Source: Antedon mediterranea (lineage: Eukaryota > Animalia > Echinodermata). From it: a DNA stretch of 64,000 bases. Positions 24,901 through 37,670 of the stretch are shown in pieces. Below the pieces are notes generated by a model. It saw nothing but the letters and a program-made list of their open reading frames with translations. It was not told the origin of the DNA and ran no database searches. The DNA lies in the NCBI RefSeq assembly GCF_964355755.1, contig NC_092671.1, positions 25,370,070 through 25,434,069 on the forward strand, in the 5' to 3' direction. The position numbers were made by a program, and so were the translations under genes. Each line of letters starts with the position of its first letter. Position 1 is the stretch's first letter.

Positions 24901-27900
24901 TATGTGGAGACCACCTGAAAGAATAAGTTGTGAGTTTTCAGATTAGATGGCTTTAAATAGAGTCACAAACTCAACATGCTTTGGATGTCCAACATACTGG
25001 ATGACGATTCTTTTTAAATTTAAAATTTAATAAAGCTTTCTTGCAAATTCTAAAAGGACATTCTGCTTTCTCTTCAAGTGTAACTAAATACTTGTTCATC
25101 AATTGCTTAGATTTGCCTCAACAGGAGGGCTATTTTGAAGAATCTAGTCGATTAAACGATACTTCGCCGAAGCTGGAACCTTTTTCAGTGTCATCTTCTG
25201 GTTTATTTTCAAGATTTATAAATAATATCATTGATGGAAAAGTTAAAAATTTACCTGTAATGGGTATAAATCTTCCGCTGCTTTCATTGGAAGATTTGTT
25301 GGTAAAATGGAATCCAACATCAAGAGATGATCAGGCAGGATTAAGTTGTCCAGTAGATGTTAACATTCCTTACAAGTTGTACACGTTTAATACTAGGCCG
25401 CCTATTAATTAATTAATGAAACACTGAAACTAAGATTAAAAAAGTCGGCCAGTGTCATAGTACAAGGCACACATGATGTCTTGCACTTGTCAGCACTCTT
25501 TAAAACCAACCTTCACAATGATCAATTCCAACCTTGGAATAGGTAACTTTGGATCAAATGTGTACCAAAGATCTCTTGGACTCCTCATCTAACCTCAACG
25601 AACACATGTACTTCAGCAACTTCAGTAAGTCCCTAACAACCTAGTTACAGCTCATTCTATCACTTTGTGGATTAACTCTGTAAATTCTTTTTACGAATAA
25701 GATATCTTTTTATGCTATCTTTGAAAAATGTCTTTTTGCTGTTAGTACTGGATCTGGTGACATAACCCCATTGGGTCATTACCGAACTCATTACGGACAA
25801 GTGTCTTCTGGTCCATAGATATTGTTGTCAAGATAGCTTAACTCACTTCATTCTCTTAGTCACACTTTATACATAGCGTATGTTCACTGGGTATAATTCT
25901 CCGAGCCGAGCAATATTATTATTTGTTGGACGTGTTGAAGTATAAAGTTGAGTGTTCAGGTTTTACTTAGTTGAGTGTTCAGGTTTTACTTAGTTGAGTG
26001 TTCCGATTTTACTTAGTTGAGTGTTCGAGTTTTACTTATGTTGAGTGTTCCGATTTTACTTAGTTGAGTGTTCAGGTTTTACTTATGTTGAGTGTTCGGG
26101 TTTTACTTAGTTGAGTGTTCAGGTTTTACTTAGTTGAGTGTTCAGGTTTTACTTAGTTGAGTGTTCAGGTTTTACTTAGTTGAGTGTTCAGGTTTTACTT
26201 AGTTGAGTGTTCAGGTTTTTAACTTAGTTGATTGTTGAGGTTTTACTTAGTTGAGGGTTCTGCATCCTCTGGAAACATTCTTCATATAGCGTTGTAATTT
26301 ATGCTAAGCCTATATAAATACTTTCCTTAGGCTATCCTGAAGGAAGATAATTATGCCAAGACGTAGGTGTCCCCGAGAGCAGTATTCAGGGGTAGTCTAG
26401 TTGTCCAACCCTACAAGAATAAGGTCACAGCATGCAATGAAGTATCGTTTACCTCAAAATGGACCTGGGTAAGCCTAATTTTAAGAAGTCATTATATTTA
26501 AACGTTTGGTTTGCACAAATAACCGGCAAAAAATATGTTAAATTATAAAGAATTTTGTTAGCGATGCTTACCTTTTGAATTTCATGAAGTGAATGAGTTG
26601 ATGACCATGACTGTCGCCACAACAATGTGTTGCTAAGCGTAGATAGAACACGCACTTGCCGCGCGCATTATGGGACTATATCACCTTCTTTGAACGCCGT
26701 CGTAAAATGGGAATAGTTTTCTTTTAATTCATTTTGTGAATACGGTATGTATAACCACTGTATTCCAACGGCTCAGCTGTCTATTTTTTGCTTTTTCTTA
26801 AAATGTATTATTTTTTAAAGAAATAATGACTTCTTCCTCTTTCCTTTGGTGAAAATGAGCGTGAATATCTTTAAAATGTTCGAAATGAAATCGCACAATG
26901 AAACGCACACGTATTGCAATCCCATAATTCTTTTTGAAATGTATTACGCGCTGGCAAAATCCCGCGGATTGACAAGCCATATATCTTTATTAGAGTTCAG
27001 GCGACATTATAGTTCGTAAATTTTTATTTGATTTGACTTTGATTTAGCTATCAGAATTGAACAATACATAATGCAAACAACGATTTAAAATGTAGCACAA
27101 TAAAAAAAACTTTGATTGGAATTGTTCATTCATTTCTTTTTTTTTCGTAGTGTAAGGCATGCAAAACATACAAAAGAAAACAAATTCACCGTACCACATC
27201 TTTTACAAAAACAACCTAAACAATCATAGAATTTGCACGTATTTTCATTAAAATCTTGCAATCAGTCATTAAAATTTGACAAAAAATATTATCTATGGCC
27301 GTGTTTTTCTCCGCAGGCGAAAATTAACCGATAAAGTTCCTGTGGAAACTGGGTTTAACCGATTTCGCTGTAGAAAAATTAACCGATAATTATCGCATTC
27401 AAATCAGATAATTATTGGATACAATTGACAATTTTGAACATTTGACCTGAAAAAAATTGTGATAATAATTGATAATGCGCACTTTATTTGATTGGTTAAA
27501 TAATTAATCAAAAATTTGTGTTATACTGCTGCGGCAACACGGCATTAATTATTAAAAACATTAACATTCTGAGAATTGTAATAAACAACTTCGCAAGGAT
27601 TGGGTGCATTGGACCCTACATCTGGTAATAGTAAATAAATAGTAATACACTAACAATTTCAGTACCTGTACGATTTTGGTTGTAGTCTTTTGGTGATTTT
27701 AGTACAGGTTAAGTGCAGCCATTTATTTCAGACTAAACATAGTCCTCTTTTAAGATTACTATTAATAGTCCCCTGAACAAGATCCAAGGTTTAGTCCAGA
27801 ATAAAGATAGTTCTCCTTTAAAAGAATACCGCTTTAAGATAGCCCTGGACAAAATCCCAGGTTTAGTCCAGTACTAAAGTAACTCATCAAAGAATAATTA

Positions 27901-30900
27901 GGGCCTAGAAGTTTTGAAATGGCGCAGAGGACCGAACAATGTAAACAAAGGTGTTGTTTACTATCGAGGCTAATTGAATGTTTGGGATCACATTGTGAAT
28001 ATTCATCCATCTCAGGGTTATCATGTTTGGGAGTCAGTGATGTGCGGAAATGTTGGGAATATGGACTGCTGTAGACATATATGTGGGCCAAAATGCTCTG
28101 GTACAGAGAATTTGTTCAGAGTGTTCAAATAGCCCTGTAAGATTGAGATGTGACAAAATAAAGTTTCTCCAAAATTGGAAATTGGGTACTTTTTATTGAC
28201 TTTAAATTTCTGTTTTGAATTCAGGACTCCGTTGCATGCGGATGTGTTCCGATCTTTCAGTTGGTCGGCTAATATTTGTGGCAGTAAACGTTGGCTCATT
28301 TATCCTCCTGGCGAAGAGGAATTTCTCAGGGATAAGTATGGCAACCTACCATTTGATGTCACTTCATCTGAAATGAATGACAAGACAAAGTTTCCAAAAT
28401 TGTCTCAACTTAAGCAGTGCATTGAAGTGATTCAGAGAGCCGGGGAAGTAATATTCATTCCAAGTGGTTGGCATCACCAAGTGTTCAATTTAGTAAGTAA
28501 TTGTTCAAGCTCGTAGAAATTGTTATTATGGATGACATGAGTGATGTTCTACCTACCAGTGCCAATGTCTCCTTGACAAGATGGTCCTGCATATATTTTG
28601 CCCTTAGAGCTAGTTAAAACATCCCTCCTACTGTAATAGGTCACAAAACGAAGAAACTATCACAAAGTTCCTGATATAGAACTGTTCGGCCATTACTCAC
28701 TTTTAGGCACGTAATTCAAACAAACCTATTAACGTCAGACAAATCTATTTTGTTTCTTCTTGAATTAATCAACAGAATACTTGTTACTAGAATACTGAAA
28801 AATCTTACTAGAATACTGAAAAATCTTACTAGAATACTAGAAAATGTTACTTGAATACTGAAAAATCTTACTAGAATACTAGAAAATGTTACTTGAATAC
28901 TGGAAAATGTTACTAGAATACTAGAAAATGTTACTTGAATACTGAAAAATCTTACTAGAATACTGGAAAATGTTACTTGAATACTAGAAAATGTTACTTG
29001 AATACTAGAAAATGTTACTTGAATACTAGAAAATGTTACTTGAATACTGAAAAATCTTACTAGAATACTAGAAAATGTTACTTGAATACTAGAAAATGTT
29101 ACTTGAATACTGAAAAATCTTACTAGAATACTGGAAAATGTTACTTGAATACTAGAAAATGTTACTTGAATACTGAAAAATCTTACTAGAATACTAGAAA
29201 ATGTTACTTGAATACTAGAAAATGTTACTTGAATACTAGAAAATGTTTTTTAAATACTAGAAAATGCTAGTAAAACAGGAAATTTTTTCTAGGATCGAGT
29301 ATTTAACTTCCTATTTTAGTCGGTAAGTTGAGCACTGGTTTACAAATCAAACACATGTTGCGTGTTGTATTGAAATGTTTTCAAATTCTAACGCTCGTAT
29401 TCTGAAAGTGACCTTTAGTCCTAGTTCGAAATACTAACTTATGTTTGATTTAAGAATACGTGCGTCGGAAGTCTAAAGCCTCGATCGCACTGGTATAGAC
29501 TTAGCCAAGTCGTCGGCTAAATTGACTAAACCTAGCTAGCGTATAAAGTTTAAAAATACATTGTGCTTACTAATTTCCATCTAGTAGAATTTGAATACTA
29601 AAAAAAATTACAAGAGAAGAAATGTTTAATTGATTACATGATTGAGCAATGATTACATTTACTATACGATGACTGAGCTGTAGTAATTAGCACACGATGA
29701 ACTTTGATGATAACTTTATGAACAAATCATTCATTGATTAACCAATGGATAGGAGAAGAGACAGATACATAACGTCTTGTGAAGTAGTATTCGCTTATTG
29801 CTATAGACAAGTTAATTTGCATGTTTGCACTTACTGACAGTAGATGAGGATACCCATGATAGATAATTAAAGGTTTAAAATCAATAAATTCAGGATTGAT
29901 GTTGCATCCATCAATATTAACACCTCGCGTAGTTTACGTGTTAAAGAAAATTACCTTTTCTTTACAGCCTTTTCAGACAATAAATATAAATCAAGAAGGA
30001 TTGTGTTACTAAGTTTAATTAACATTACCAGTCCTTGTTGACAAATAGCTCGTAACAACATTGGAGTTTTAATATAAGATATAATTAGAACACACTGCCT
30101 TACATTTTTTACTTAGTTGTCCCTTTTCGCAGAGATTAATTATAACACATACCAGTATAGTTTGTAGGCCTTTGAGTAAATTGAAATTGTACATAGAAGC
30201 CACACATTTTAATTTATTAGTTAATTAATAAATGATAATGTTTTACCGCTGTTAAATACTTTTATTAGACTTTTAGAATGATTTGTCTTCGAGGAGAGTG
30301 CTTAAGGTCCACTCTTACAAAATGTCACTGGTTAACTATGTTACTCTTTTCTTAAATCTGTTGAAGCCTTGCACTACAGTATGTGACATTTAAAAAAAAT
30401 AAATCTTTTATTGAAAGTGTTCTCACTATTATATTAGTATTGTTTTGTTGTTTATCGGGACCACATGTAAGGATAAGTTAAAATGCCAACGTATTGTGCT
30501 TCACATATTATTGGAGCAGAGCTCAATTGAATCCATTTTTGATAAGAGAAACACTTTCAATTATACAGGAATCAACTCATCCAATTCACTATGTTTTTGA
30601 AGTTCTTAGCAGCGACAGAAGCTTCCGGTCAATAACCTCTCATATAAATAAGTTTCGTATTAGTTTTTATCTGTGTCATTTGATCACTGAATGTTAGTAG
30701 GCCTACTTCAAGCGTTTACATCAGTTCTGACCATTTTAACTACTGTCACAAATTGCTCTATTATGGAGTTTCACTCTAAGCAACGTGTGGAATTATAACT
30801 CGTTTACAATAAGACGATTTTGCTAATAGCTCGGCAATAAATAATAAGACAATTTTACTGCGGTACCCGGCAGATCCAATTTCACATTATGTTAGTTTCT

Positions 30901-33900
30901 TTTTCTTTTTTAAAAAAGAAAACCCGTATTCTAAACCTATTTTCTTCTATTTCTTTATTATTTACTTCTGTATTAAATGTTACATTGTTTTATTTGAGGT
31001 ATTACGTACCGTACGATATTATCAAACTATTGTACTTTTTTCTCTCTTGTGGGTATCGCTGAAGCGTATATACGGAGAATGAGCAATCTACGATTTTCCT
31101 GCATGCAACATTTATTAATGTTTTCTATGCCATAACTTACGGGTATCTTTTGTGTTCGTCATAATTATCTAAGTCCGGACAACCGGAAAGGTTTATTTAA
31201 CTACATGCTAACATGTTTATTGCTATTTGGATATTTAAATATTAATTATTACTTTTTACACAATTTATTTACTAACAAACTGTTCGCGTCAACTACCGGG
31301 GGCGTTGTTGACACGTTTTCACGAAGGATAGTTGAATAATATACAAATAATGAATGTTTATTTGTGTACAAATAATGGCATGAGGTGAATGTGTTGAAAT
31401 ATAACCTTTCATCATTCAACAAATGCCATTTATTTGTACCATTAAACTCTTAAACATTGATTGAAAAAGTAAAATTTATAATATTAAATATTATATTGAT
31501 TTGAATTTTATAAACACACCTACTGTAGTTTTAATTATGTAAATAGACGACCAAACAATCCTAGGCCTAGCCTAATACTAACAGGCCTAGCTAGGCTAGA
31601 AATCCAGTGATACCATTACGAAACTTCGACAGGCAATTTGAACTCATCTGCTAGGCTAATTCTGTTTTTTCCCCAACAATTCCACATCTTGTAGGGATGT
31701 CCCCGTTAATTAATCAAAATCATACAAACGATCTAAATCTAATTTAAATGCCTTTTTGGTCTAAAATTAGTACATATCTCTCTAAAAATGTACTTCTTCC
31801 ATCGCGAAACCAGTAATAACATTCAATCTTCGTGGCGGAAGTAAAAAAGGCCATATACATGGCTGCAGTCGCGTGCTCAAGTTAGTGTTTACTGACCAAC
31901 CGACCAACCGACCGACATAGTGAGCTATAGAATCGCGTTGCACGCGACTAAAAATAGGTCACGCAACTAAAAATAGGTGACGAGAAAAGATTTTTTTTTC
32001 CTACACGAAAAAAAGTACTATTGAACGACAGTTCAATAGTACGTACTATTGCACGCCATGTGAACCACAATCATTCAATCAAATAATAGGAATTATATTA
32101 GGTGTAATATAATATTTCAATATTTAAACTTGTTTCTGGTAGAAAAAAAAATTAAATTTAACATTGTAGCCTATTAATAACATGTATTTATATTTATTTA
32201 TATCATAAAAAACATTACTTTATTTACTAGGCATAGAATAGTATGCGGCAATGACAAGGAATAGACCATGCTGGTAATGCATTGTTGATTTTTGTTGTTG
32301 CTGTTCAGCCTTTATTTGTGAACTAATTTAGCATGGTAGTGGTAAAATAAATGAATAGAATTCACGTATACTAACTTATATAATATTATATGACAGATAC
32401 TCTACGCAACAACCATAATGATACAATATGATGTGTCAAAATGTTCCTTTTTAGCACATTATAAAGTTACAATTTTCTTAATTTTAATAATGTAATGTAT
32501 TTATTATGTATAACCCTGACAGTAATGCGATAAATTTCATAATTTTACTTCTGGCAATCCAACCAATTGGAAATGTCTGCATACAGGATGTTTAAAAAAA
32601 AAGAAATATTTTTAGTCTGTCATACTTATTAGGATGTATCTATATATAAATTATGGTTAATTCTGACATAGGCGAGCACAATGGAAAATAGTGGCTATAT
32701 CCATTTTAGTTTTTTGTTTATTTTCGGACCGCGCGTGTGAAGGTACAGTAGTTAAAAAATAAAAATTATACTGCAATTTAATATTAAGGTCAAATTAAAT
32801 ATACGCCACAAAGCATCGGAGTACTGTATATTGTGGGGAATATTATAAAATTACATAGGGAGATCTAATGATTAGACCTTTTGTTTAAAATCGAGTGAAA
32901 TCCCGATAGCCGAGTTTATTGAGTAAGCTGACAGGAATAACTGTGGGCTATCTGTGTCCCGTTAAGACCGGGATGCGATATTTCATGTGAAAGATAGCCG
33001 AACTACCTTCTAAAACGATTACAGTTCCTCTCTCTCTCGTCGTTCTACTCATATCTGAGTACTTGTGACCATTCTGATGAGGTGTCTCCATTCTTACAGT
33101 TCCTAGAAGGGAACAAATACTTATTGTACTTGACCAATCACAAGCGATGAATTATTCGAACTGTCGTTTTTCATTGGAAAAATCCCTTGCATTGCGTCGC
33201 TATTGGACCAAGCTTTACAGGTGAAGTATAGGCATACCGTCACCCACTAGAACGTAACGCAAGGACGTAAACGCAACGCAAGCGTTTTAACCAATGACAA
33301 GTGAAGTTATAGACAGTTAGCAATCACAAGCGAATAAGCCATCGCTTGTGATTGGTCAATTTACTTGCGTTGCGCTACGTCCTTGTGTAGCGTCGCTAGT
33401 GGGAACCACACTTAAGAACGCCGACATATTTTTCAAGATTTTACGGTGTGGGGAAGCATTGAACCACTTACGTACATTCATACAGTATGAAGTTTGCTTC
33501 ATAAAAGCTAAAAATAATGTGTAATTACTACGCATGACATGCTGTATACCGTCAGATGAGTACTATATTCCCCTAGTAGTAGTAAACATTTACTATGATA
33601 GCATTAACGTTTTATTACGTTAATCTACCACAAGATAAACAAAATAATGTATTGTATGGATGTCTATTAATGTACATGCTAGGCGAATGTTACTTATGTC
33701 AATACTTGCTAATGGCCAAAGTAAACATGAATACATATATAAAAAAAACGTATTTCTATTTTTTCCCCAAACCATGCCATACTTGGAACAACAATAATGT
33801 ATGCTCCATGGTAACAATACATTTATTTATTTTAACGATTTATTGTCTCCCAAAAACATGATAATGAAGAATAATGAAATTAGACTTTGAATATTTCCAG

Positions 33901-36900
33901 TTTCAGTATAAAATTTCACTTCCATATAAAAAAAAAATAATGATTTCACTTATAATAAGACAAACCTGCACAAAAACAACATTTAAGTTATCTGACAGAT
34001 AATTTGACTATTTGCTTGAAATAACACCTTTTTCAGGTAATTTTTGTCTCTATGCAATTTTTTGTCGAAGTGAATAACCATTGTGTGAAAAATTTAAAGA
34101 CCCCTTCCCTGCAATTTTGGACGTTTTTTAGAAAATAATACATATATATCACTTTAAAAACATTAAACCATGTCATTCCTTGTCTTAAATGTACGTTTTA
34201 TGGTAAATTATGATAAAAAGTGAAAAACAATGCACTACCTAAGTAGCTCGCGGCGATCGACCTCGTGGACGGTCTTAGGCCTAGCCCAGCTAGGCTTAGT
34301 TTTGTAGGCCTAGCTGGTAAACATCAGTAACGTACGAACATCGTACGCTAGCTATATACCTAGCCTGACGTTGTATAGTTGCTGCATTAATTGTCTTTCT
34401 ATTTTTGCCAGACTCCGTTGATACAAATTGGGGAAAACCCGGTATTTTCGCTGAAAAGTTAGGAGTCTTCCATTTGTTTTGGCCTCACGATCGATCGAAA
34501 AGTGGGCGAATTACAGTTGAAAAACAAAAATATCAATCCGCGCGCAATGCATTTTGGGATTTATGGCGGGCCGCTATAATTATTAGAATCGACTTATTTT
34601 TCACATTTTTAACCGTTTAAAGACGAAAAAAGTTATCGCAATAGGACCATATAGTATTATTTTTACATTAAATATAGTTTTTGATCTTAAATTAGAACTA
34701 AAAAACGTAGGGAATGGGGCTTTAAATGTTTTTTTATGTGGACAATATCTAATATATTATATAAGAATTAATAGTATAAAAGAAGGTTCTACTATTCTAA
34801 ATAACAAAACATTTATAATAAATTGCTGTCTATTTAATATTTTAGGACGATACAATATCGATCAATCACAACTGGTTTAACGGCTGCAATGTCAATATAG
34901 TCTGGGAATTTTTGAAAAGCGAACTATTAGCGGTACAACGATCCATTTACGACTGCAAAGACATGGATGAATGGGACGAACAGTGCCAGGTATAGATTCG
35001 CAATTTATTTTATTTTCACCCTTTTTTGATAATGATTATGCTGCATTTGTATTTTTACCTCATTTTTATTGTAATGTACTGTCAGTATTTTATCCAATTT
35101 ATGATATTGATAATTTTGGAGTTTTTTACAATGTTGTATCTGCTGTGTCAAGCAAGGAGAATTTCAAGCCATGTTATGTGATAGGCCACGATAAAGCTAA
35201 TCTATTATATAACATGTGAGAATTAATAAATGTAGGTCGTAAATATTAAGTAACTTAAATAGAGAATCCATTAGGTTCATTGTGGGATTACAAAGTGTTG
35301 TCTAACGACTTGCATACTCCCATTCCTAGTGTACATTATTTGCTAGTGTGTTTATCTAAAATGTGCTGAAAATAAAGTTAACCCGAATATAGATGTCCTA
35401 AACACACTAAAATACTATTTCTTGCCGAATCATGCTGTAAGTATTTTAGTAATAATTATTTTGAAAGCATCGTCACAATGGATTTAAGTATATACTAACA
35501 TCGTACATGATACTGCATGGGAATTCCCCGAAAATCCCTCGTTCAAAGTATACAGGATTCTGGATTGCAGTATTTTGTTTCGATTGCTCTATAATAATAA
35601 TAATAATAATAGTTCATTCTTATATAGCGCATATTATAAGCAAGCTCTCAATGCGCTGAACATTAGTCATTTTTTGGGATCAAACACGTATGGAAACATA
35701 CTCCCATAATGCAGCTAGTAATCAGCGCATTGTGTCTTGATCTAACCGGGTACCCAATTATACACCTGGGTGAAGAGAGAGGCAAACGTAAGTAAAGTAT
35801 CTTGCCTAAGGATTCAAGCAATGCGGCGAGAGTTGGATTCAAACCTCGATCTCACGATCAGTAGTCGAACGTCCAACACACTGCGCCACACGCCCTCACT
35901 TAAAATGCATGGCACCATCTGAAAACAATTACTATCTTTGTAATAATCCCATGTTGCACTATATTACACGTGTGCGTGTGGCCCTATTCACCATTTACAC
36001 TGACTAAGGGAAACATTTACCCTTAAAATCTCCTATCTAAGTGAATACAATTTAAGGGAAATACTTAAATATTTATTGAGTTAAGAGAAACACTTAATAT
36101 TTAAGGGAAATATCACACTTAATGTGATTGGTGCACACATGAAATAGGCCGTTGCAATGACATGACATATGCCTAATGCTTTATTAAATCGTCATAAATT
36201 GTAATGACAACTGTATTTATTTATTGTTTTTAGCTTATAATGAAAGCCAATACTGGAATTGATTATGCAGAATTCGTTAACTTTCTCACAACTATCGCGA
36301 GACCAAGAATGCGATTAATTTTAGAAATCGTGATGCAACATGAATCGAGTTGGCCTAAGTTAGCTGTCAACCCTGAAATAGATCAACACGAAAACTGTAT
36401 TGATGAAGATGACATACAAACTAAGCATTATTTACAAGTGAACCGCCCCATAGAGAACCATTCTGAGCACGTTTCTCCTGAGAACAATTTAGATTTGAAA
36501 GTTTTTGATAACATTATTCAAGCCAACGACAGCGGTTCTTACTCGGAAAATCAATCACAAAAATCGATCATTTTTAAAAGTAATTCTGCTGATAGATTAC
36601 TGAAAGCGGAAGAAGAGAACATTTTGAAGTTAGAAATGAATAAAGGTCACGGTTGTAGAATTACATATAAACGTTCTAATGATGAAGTTGATTGCGAGAT
36701 GACTTCTAAGATTGATCCGAGACGATGTTTACTGTCAAACGATCGGCGTCACCTTCTGTTTGATCTACTAAGATTGAAAGATGTTATGGATAAGCTTTTA
36801 ATGGAACCAGAGTTTAAGTTTGTCAAACTTGAGAGATTGATTGTAAATCCAGTCGAGATTTTAGATAAAGTAAAAAGTATACTCGCAAAGGTAGAAAATT

Positions 36901-36923
36901 CGGGATTAAGCGTACGTTTATAA
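15999..36923 (+). CDS. JMJD4: JmjC-domain 2-oxoglutarate/Fe(II) oxygenase JMJD4 (eRF1 lysyl hydroxylase family), 6 coding exons, about 541 aa
   Basis: Exons 15999-16215, 17990-18155, 21161-21301, 28225-28492, 34846-34989, 36234-36923. All introns are GT-AG and the exons total 1626 nt in frame. Motifs LYLKDWHF, YFTSDWLNEFW, DDYRFVYMGPK, WTPLHADVFRSFSWSANICG, FIPSGWHHQVFNL and DTISINHNWFNG are present, and the HxD...H iron ligands are intact. An upstream acceptor near 15877 implies a non-coding first exon. Confidence 0.95.
16322..16869 (+). mobile_element. Kolobok-like non-autonomous DNA transposon, copy 1
   Basis: TTAA flanks and TIR AGAAACCTTCCCTAC / GTAAGGAAGGGGTCT. Highly similar to 34098-34721. 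Confidence 0.8.
18553..18889 (+). mobile_element. Helentron-associated (HINE/DINE-1-like) element, copy 1
   Basis: 5' palindrome TACTCGGGGTACCCGAGT, 3' subterminal IR GTACCCCGAGTA and a truncated stem-loop. Direct repeat of 19380-19701. Confidence 0.7.
18957..19028 (+). pseudogene. tRNA-Val(AAC) pseudogene
   Basis: GCGTAGTGGTTATCACG D arm, TCTAC-TTAACAC-GTAGA anticodon arm (AAC), GGTTCAAGCC T loop and a downstream T run. The acceptor stem does not pair. Confidence 0.7.
19236..19315 (+). pseudogene. tRNA-Val(AAC) pseudogene, second tandem copy
   Basis: Acceptor GGTTTTG/CGAAACC pairs and the anticodon arm is TCTGC-ATAACAC-GCAGA. There are insertions in the variable loop and T stem. About 60 bp of 3' flank is shared with the first copy. 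Confidence 0.7.
19380..19701 (+). mobile_element. Helentron-associated (HINE/DINE-1-like) element, copy 2
   Basis: Subterminal IRs TACTCTGGGTAC / GTACCCCGAGTA, 3' stem-loop GCAC-ATTC-GTGC and T-rich flanks on both sides. Confidence 0.75.
20826..21030 (-). mobile_element. Degenerate SINE copy (family of 35590-35898)
   Basis: (AAT)n tail, AAACACGTCTGGAAACATACTC, AGTAATCAACGCA and TACACCT...GAGAGA are shared with the 35.7 kb copy. Confidence 0.6.
21480..22753 (-). mobile_element. Helitron-like non-autonomous element, inverted paralog of 47791-49040
   Basis: Minus-strand start A|TCTATATATAAATTTACGTAAGGGCAAAATTCGG, and more than 1 kb of colinear similarity to 47791-49040. The 3' end was not resolved. 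Confidence 0.65.
23160..25900 (-). mobile_element. Highly decayed BEL/Pao LTR retrotransposon pol remnant with an internal duplication of about 750 bp
   Basis: Minus-strand peptides: IPRLEL (about 25525-25545), NPA-DH (about 25325-25345 and 23840-23860), and integrase FKPFKDLRGRSLVERYGLLFTCLAPRAIQIEIV (about 24395-24500). 23164-23910 resembles 24716-25468. Boundaries are approximate. Confidence 0.8.
25946..26260. repeat. Minisatellite, 23-bp unit AGTTGAGTGTTCAGGTTTTACTT, about 13 copies
   Basis: Contiguous tandem units with no spacers. Confidence 0.95.
28784..29270. repeat. Minisatellite, 21-bp unit TTACT(A/T)GAATACT(AG/GA)AAAAT(G/C), about 23 copies
   Basis: Contiguous tandem units with interspersed variants. 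Confidence 0.95.
32639..32975 (+). mobile_element. Internally deleted, 3'-truncated copy of the Helitron at 57288-58069
   Basis: Identical 5' end A|TCTATATATAAATTATGGTTAATTCTGACATAGGCGAGCACAATGGAAAA, then jumps to the segment matching 57580-57880. Confidence 0.8.
33240..33412. mobile_element. Palindromic MITE
   Basis: CCCACTAG..CG.AACGCAAGGACGTA..CGCAACGCAAG ... CTTGCGTTGCGCTACGTCCTTGTGTAGCGTCGCTAGTGGG, with inner CAATCACAAGCGA/TCGCTTGTGATTG. Confidence 0.75.
34098..34721 (+). mobile_element. Kolobok-like non-autonomous DNA transposon, copy 2 (longer)
   Basis: TTAA|AGACCCCTTCCCTGC ... GTAGGGAATGGGGCT|TTAA. It has about 70 bp (34381-34452) absent from copy 1. Confidence 0.8.
35590..35898 (-). 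mobile_element. Full-length tRNA-derived SINE with L2-type 3' tail
   Basis: Minus strand: GGGCGTGTGGCGCAGTG (A box), GGTTTGAATCC (B box), TCCTTAGGCAAG...CACCCAGGTGTATAATTGGGTACC core, GCGCTATATAAG and (ATT)n tail. Confidence 0.85.
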
Positions 36924-37229
36924 ATCAAAGTGGTGTAATTTCTTAAGTTTTTTCAATGACTGCTTTTAGGATTGTACTATTCTAAAACTTCCTTTAAACG
37001 ACCATTTTAGTTATTATTGTTTGTTTAATTGCTGTCTAAAAGGATAGCTGTAAGTACCTTCTTTAACAAATCGTTGTGACATTCGTTTCCTATTTGAAAC
37101 TTAGTAATCAAATTTACATTGTTCAACGAATTATTATTACAGAATATAACATTTTCCAATTTAAAATCATGTAACTTTTCTAGTAAAAAATCATAATTAC
37201 TTTTCTTCAAATATAAACTTATTATTCAT

Positions 37230-37670
37230 ATTGTCAACGTTTTAAAATCACGCAAGGAAATTGGGCAAATATATTTGTGACTCCATTTCGTACTGTTACC
37301 AAGGCCAAGATAAATACTTTCAATTTCGGTTTTCGCACCGTCAGTTGGGTACTAATAGACTTCTTTTTTAATGGGTATAGCAGATATCAACTTGGTGCTT
37401 TTTGCCACACAGAAATAGAGACAATAGAACACTTATTTTGGTCATACAATGTAACCTCAAGTTTTATTTTAGATTGCGAACAACTATTCTTTGGGAGACA
37501 GTTTGTCCTCTCAAAGGAAGAGTTGTTTTTTGGTAAAGCACAAGATACCATAACCCAGTAAACATGAGTTCTATTCTACATTGTAAACAATACATTTTTA
37601 ACTGTAAGGTGAATATTAAGAGACCAGACTCTAATGTATTTTTTTTCACAAATTGTTGACAAAAGGCCTA
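37230..37670 (+). mobile_element. L1/Tx1-type LINE ORF2 C-terminal remnant
   Basis: AFCHTEIETIEHLFWSY...F resembles the degenerate CxFC...ETxxHLFWxC zinc knuckle of L1/Tx1 ORF2. Frameshifted. Confidence 0.65.

Noticed and set aside
25946-26260. CRISPR-like appearance of the 23-bp repeat (and the 21-bp repeat at 28784-29270)
   Set aside because: Units are contiguous with no unique spacers, there are no cas genes, and the context is a eukaryotic intron.
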